Shown: positions 61,392 to 64,000 of the stretch, one piece after another
Numbering within the stretch: the stretch's first letter is position 1
Layout of the letters: each line of letters begins with the position of its first letter
DNA from: Acidimicrobiia bacterium
Lineage (GTDB): Bacteria > Actinomycetota > Acidimicrobiia > IMCC26256 > DASPTH01
Assembly: GCA_040880805.1 (NCBI GenBank)
Contig: JBBDHW010000060.1
Span: 655-64,654 of the forward strand
Reading direction: 5' to 3'
DNA length: 64,000 bases
Program-made: the position numbers and the translations under genes
Notes under the pieces: generated by a model
Told to the model about the DNA's origin: nothing
Databases searched by the model: none
The model's input: the letters and a program-made list of their open reading frames with translations, nothing else

Positions 61392-64000
61392 ATGCCGTCG
61401 ACGTCCGTGTTCGGGCGCGAGCTCGAGTTGGATCGGATCGCCGCCTTTGTGCGGGCGGTCCCCGACGGTCCAGCCGCATTGCTCATCGAAGGCGAGGCGG
61501 GGGCCGGGAAGACCGCGCTCTGGGAAGCGGCACTGGCGTGTGGTGGGACCGAGACGGGGATCGTCTCGTGCCGTCCGGTCCAGTCGGAGGCGACGTTGTC
61601 CTACGCAGGGTTGGGCGATCTGATCGGTGGTGCGATCGACGAGCTCGCCGCTGGGCTACCGGCACCCCAACGACGCGCGCTCGACGTCGCTCTTCGCCTC
61701 GAGGTCGGATCCGCGCGCGCAGCCGACCACCGCGCGGTCGGTGCCGCCACGCTCTCGCTGCTCGCAGCCCGGTCCCGCGCGGAGCCCATGCTCATCGCGA
61801 TCGACGATCTGCAATGGCTCGACCGTCCCTCGGCGCGGGCGATCGGCTTCGCGTTCCGGCGGCTCTCGGACGAGCCGATACGGCTGGTCATGACCGCGCG
61901 GCCCGAGTCGACGACGACGATTGCGTCGGAACATGGAGATCTCCTGCGCGATCGTCGCGTCGAACGTCTCCGTCTCGCGCCGCTCAGCGTCGGGGCCATC
62001 GAACGCGTCCTCCGTGAGCGACTCGACCTCACGCTGCCGCGCACGGCACTCGTCCACCTGCGCGACACCGCACGCGGCAATCCGTTGTTCGCGCTGGAGG
62101 TCGGTCGGGCACTGGCCGATGCCGGAGCGCTTCCCGGGCCTGGCCAGCCCTTGCCGATCACGGGCGACTTGCATGAGCTGCTCGTGCAGCGGCTGCGTCG
62201 TCTGTCGTCAGACGTGCGCGACGCGCTCCTCCTGACAGCACTGCTCGCACATCCGATCGAAGACACACTCGCGCGAGCGTTCGGCAACGGGTGGGACGTC
62301 GCGATCGATCGCGGGCGTCAAGCCGGAGTCGTCGAGGCCACGACCGGCACGGTGCGCTTCGTCCATCCCCTCTTCGCGACGGTCGTTGCGAGCGAAGCGA
62401 CCGAGCGCGAGCGACGAGACGCGCATCGCCGATTGGCGGATGCATGCAACGGTGGTGAGGAGCGGGCGCGTCACTTCGCCCTGGCCGCGAAGGGCCCCGA
62501 CGAACGCGTGGCGATGGCATTGGAGGACGCGGCGGCGCAGGCGACGAGACGGGGCGCTCCCGACGCCGCCGCGGAGCTCGCCGAGCTCGCGCGATCGTTG
62601 ACGCCCGACGGTCGTCCGCACGACGTCTTCCGCCGCTGCACGATCGCGGGTCAGGCCCGGTTCGCGGCGGGAGACTCCGTGCGCGCGCTCGAGCATCTTG
62701 TCGAGGCCGAAAGTGTCGCGGCCCCGGGATCTGAACGAGGTGGCGCGCGGTGGCGGCTGGCCCGGGTGCGATACCACCATGACAACATCGCCGCGTCGCG
62801 GGAGATCCTGGAGCAGGCGCGCCTCGAAGCTGGCGACGATCCGGCGTTGTGCGCGGCGATCGATCACGACCTGGCCTACACCTGCTTCGCAATGGGTGAT
62901 GTGCGCGCGACGCGGCGCCACGCGATGTCGGCCGCCGACCTCGCGGCGCGCGCCGGCCCGGAGCAGATCCTCGCGGGTGCGATCGCGCAGGTCGCCGTGG
63001 CCGACTTCATGCTCGGCGACGGTGTGCGCACCGACCTGATGGATCGCGCCCGCGCGCTCGAGGACTGGGATGAGCCGCGTCCGGCTTTGCTCCGACCGAG
63101 CGTTGCCGTCGCTCACGTCTACTCGTGGGCGGACCGCATCGACGAAGCCCGCATCCTTCTCGGTACGTCGGAGCGCGAGCTGCTCGAGCGCGGCGACGAG
63201 GGGGCGATGCCCTTCCTCTGGTACCACGTCGCCGAGATCGACTGCTGGACCGGGCAATGGGAGCGCGGGCTGGCGCGTGCGGTCGACGCCGATCGGCTGG
63301 CCATCCAGACCAGCCAGGAGGGCATTCGCACCATGACGTGCTACGCCGCCGCGCTCCTCGCGGCGCACCTGGGGCGCACCGACGACGCTCGCACCTATGT
63401 CGACCAAGGGGTGGGTGTGGGCACGGCGACCGGTCACGCGCTCGGAGCCGCGTTGAACCTCGGAGTGCTCGGATTTCTCGAGCTGTCGCTCGGTCGTCCC
63501 GACCACGCTGACGCGATCTTCCAGCCCCTCGTCGAACGCGCGAGATCGAATGGGTTCGACGAGCCGGGTACGGCCTGGTGGGTTGCCGACGTCATCGAGA
63601 CCGCGATCCTCCTCGGTGACCACGATCGCGCGACGGCACTGACCGAGTGGGTGGACGCGCGCGCTCGTGCCATCGACCGTCCCACCGGTCTGGCGGTGGC
63701 CGGCAGAAGCCGAGCGCTGCTCGCCGCCACGCGCGGACACGTCGACGAAGCGCTGGGGGCGTGCGACGTTGCCATGACCGAGCACGACCGTGTCCGGATC
63801 CCGTTCCCGCGTGGTCGGACGCTGTTGGTGAAGGGTCAGATCGCGCGCCGCGCTCGGAAGTGGGGTGTCGCGCGGGAGGCACTCGCCGAGGCATTGACGG
63901 TGTTCGAGCAGTTGGGTGCCGTGCTGTGGGCCACGCGCGCTCGCGACGAGCTTGCCCGCATCGGGGGACGCCGGGCCGCGCCGGGTGACCTCACCGAGAG
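61392..64000 (+). CDS. Large ATP-binding LuxR-family (LAL/MalT-like) regulator, 3'-partial because it runs off the window.
   Basis: This ORF is not in the track because it has no stop within the window; I translated it by hand from the ATG at 61392. It reads FGRELELDRIAAFV......LLIEGEAGAGKTALW (Walker A) and MLIAIDDLQWLD (Walker B), followed by long TPR-like helical repeats. The window ends just before where the LuxR HTH is expected (..ELARIGGRRAAPGDLTE). Confidence 0.8.
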   Translation, partial: MPSTSVFGRELELDRIAAFVRAVPDGPAALLIEGEAGAGKTALWEAALACGGTETGIVSCRPVQSEATLSYAGLGDLIGGAIDELAAGLPAPQRRALDVALRLEVGSARAADHRAVGAATLSLLAARSRAEPMLIAIDDLQWLDRPSARAIGFAFRRLSDEPIRLVMTARPESTTTIASEHGDLLRDRRVERLRLAPLSVGAIERVLRERLDLTLPRTALVHLRDTARGNPLFALEVGRALADAGALPGPGQPLPITGDLHELLVQRLRRLSSDVRDALLLTALLAHPIEDTLARAFGNGWDVAIDRGRQAGVVEATTGTVRFVHPLFATVVASEATERERRDAHRRLADACNGGEERARHFALAAKGPDERVAMALEDAAAQATRRGAPDAAAELAELARSLTPDGRPHDVFRRCTIAGQARFAAGDSVRALEHLVEAESVAAPGSERGGARWRLARVRYHHDNIAASREILEQARLEAGDDPALCAAIDHDLAYTCFAMGDVRATRRHAMSAADLAARAGPEQILAGAIAQVAVADFMLGDGVRTDLMDRARALEDWDEPRPALLRPSVAVAHVYSWADRIDEARILLGTSERELLERGDEGAMPFLWYHVAEIDCWTGQWERGLARAVDADRLAIQTSQEGIRTMTCYAAALLAAHLGRTDDARTYVDQGVGVGTATGHALGAALNLGVLGFLELSLGRPDHADAIFQPLVERARSNGFDEPGTAWWVADVIETAILLGDHDRATALTEWVDARARAIDRPTGLAVAGRSRALLAATRGHVDEALGACDVAMTEHDRVRIPFPRGRTLLVKGQIARRARKWGVAREALAEALTVFEQLGAVLWATRARDELARIGGRRAAPGDLTE

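Noticed and set aside
62208-63785. 525-aa minus-strand ORF
   Set aside because: It is antisense to the hand-translated LAL/LuxR regulator, which has Walker A and B motifs and is open to the window end.
1-64000. Scan for CRISPR arrays, tRNA or rRNA genes, transposases, integrases and long terminal inverted repeats
   Set aside because: I saw no regularly spaced direct repeats, no cloverleaf-like or rRNA-like segments in the few intergenic regions, and no DDE, tyrosine- or serine-recombinase motifs in any frame. The scan was by eye only, so it is not exhaustive.

Overview
The window is high-GC DNA, probably from an Actinomycetota genome: GTG and TTG starts are frequent, many genes overlap by 4 nt, and long antisense shadow ORFs are common. 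It splits into two very different parts.

(1) nt 1-9213 looks like an accessory or conflict island.
- It holds four co-directional genes: a WD40-repeat protein; a protein with a DUF4062-like N-terminus, a NACHT-type P-loop NTPase and a zinc ribbon; a small orphan ORF; and a second protein with 14 WD40 blades and the same zinc-ribbon tail.
- These are followed by the 3' relic of a group II intron, with a textbook 34-nt domain V, and by a MazF-family toxin-antitoxin pair.
- I read the four-gene set as a split, NWD1-like STAND/NLR system in which the NTPase and its repeat sensors are separate polypeptides. This is the best candidate for a previously undescribed system in the window.
- The 3' half of the island (about 5.2-8.6 kb) is visibly more A/T-rich than everything else.

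(2) nt 9.4-61.3 kb is a dense, paralogue-rich catabolic supercluster.
- It contains 8 cytochrome P450s (three paralogue pairs), 2 small ferredoxins and 5 SDRs.
- It contains 2 single-domain and 2 tandem-domain family III CoA-transferases (one tandem copy frameshifted) and 3 amidohydrolase_2 genes.
- Single-copy functions include an acyl-CoA dehydrogenase, an aldehyde dehydrogenase, an SCP-x-type thiolase, an LLM oxidoreductase, an epoxide hydrolase, 2 Zn-ADHs and a sulfotransferase-epimerase-SDR operon.
- Two large secreted solute-binding proteins have no transporter genes nearby.
- Regulators are HxlR, TetR and, at the 3' edge, a partial LuxR/LAL-type ATPase regulator.
- At least six decayed genes are scattered through the cluster.

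I found no rRNA, tRNA, CRISPR array, transposase or integrase. All product calls rest on motifs I recognise in the supplied translations, and no database search was run.
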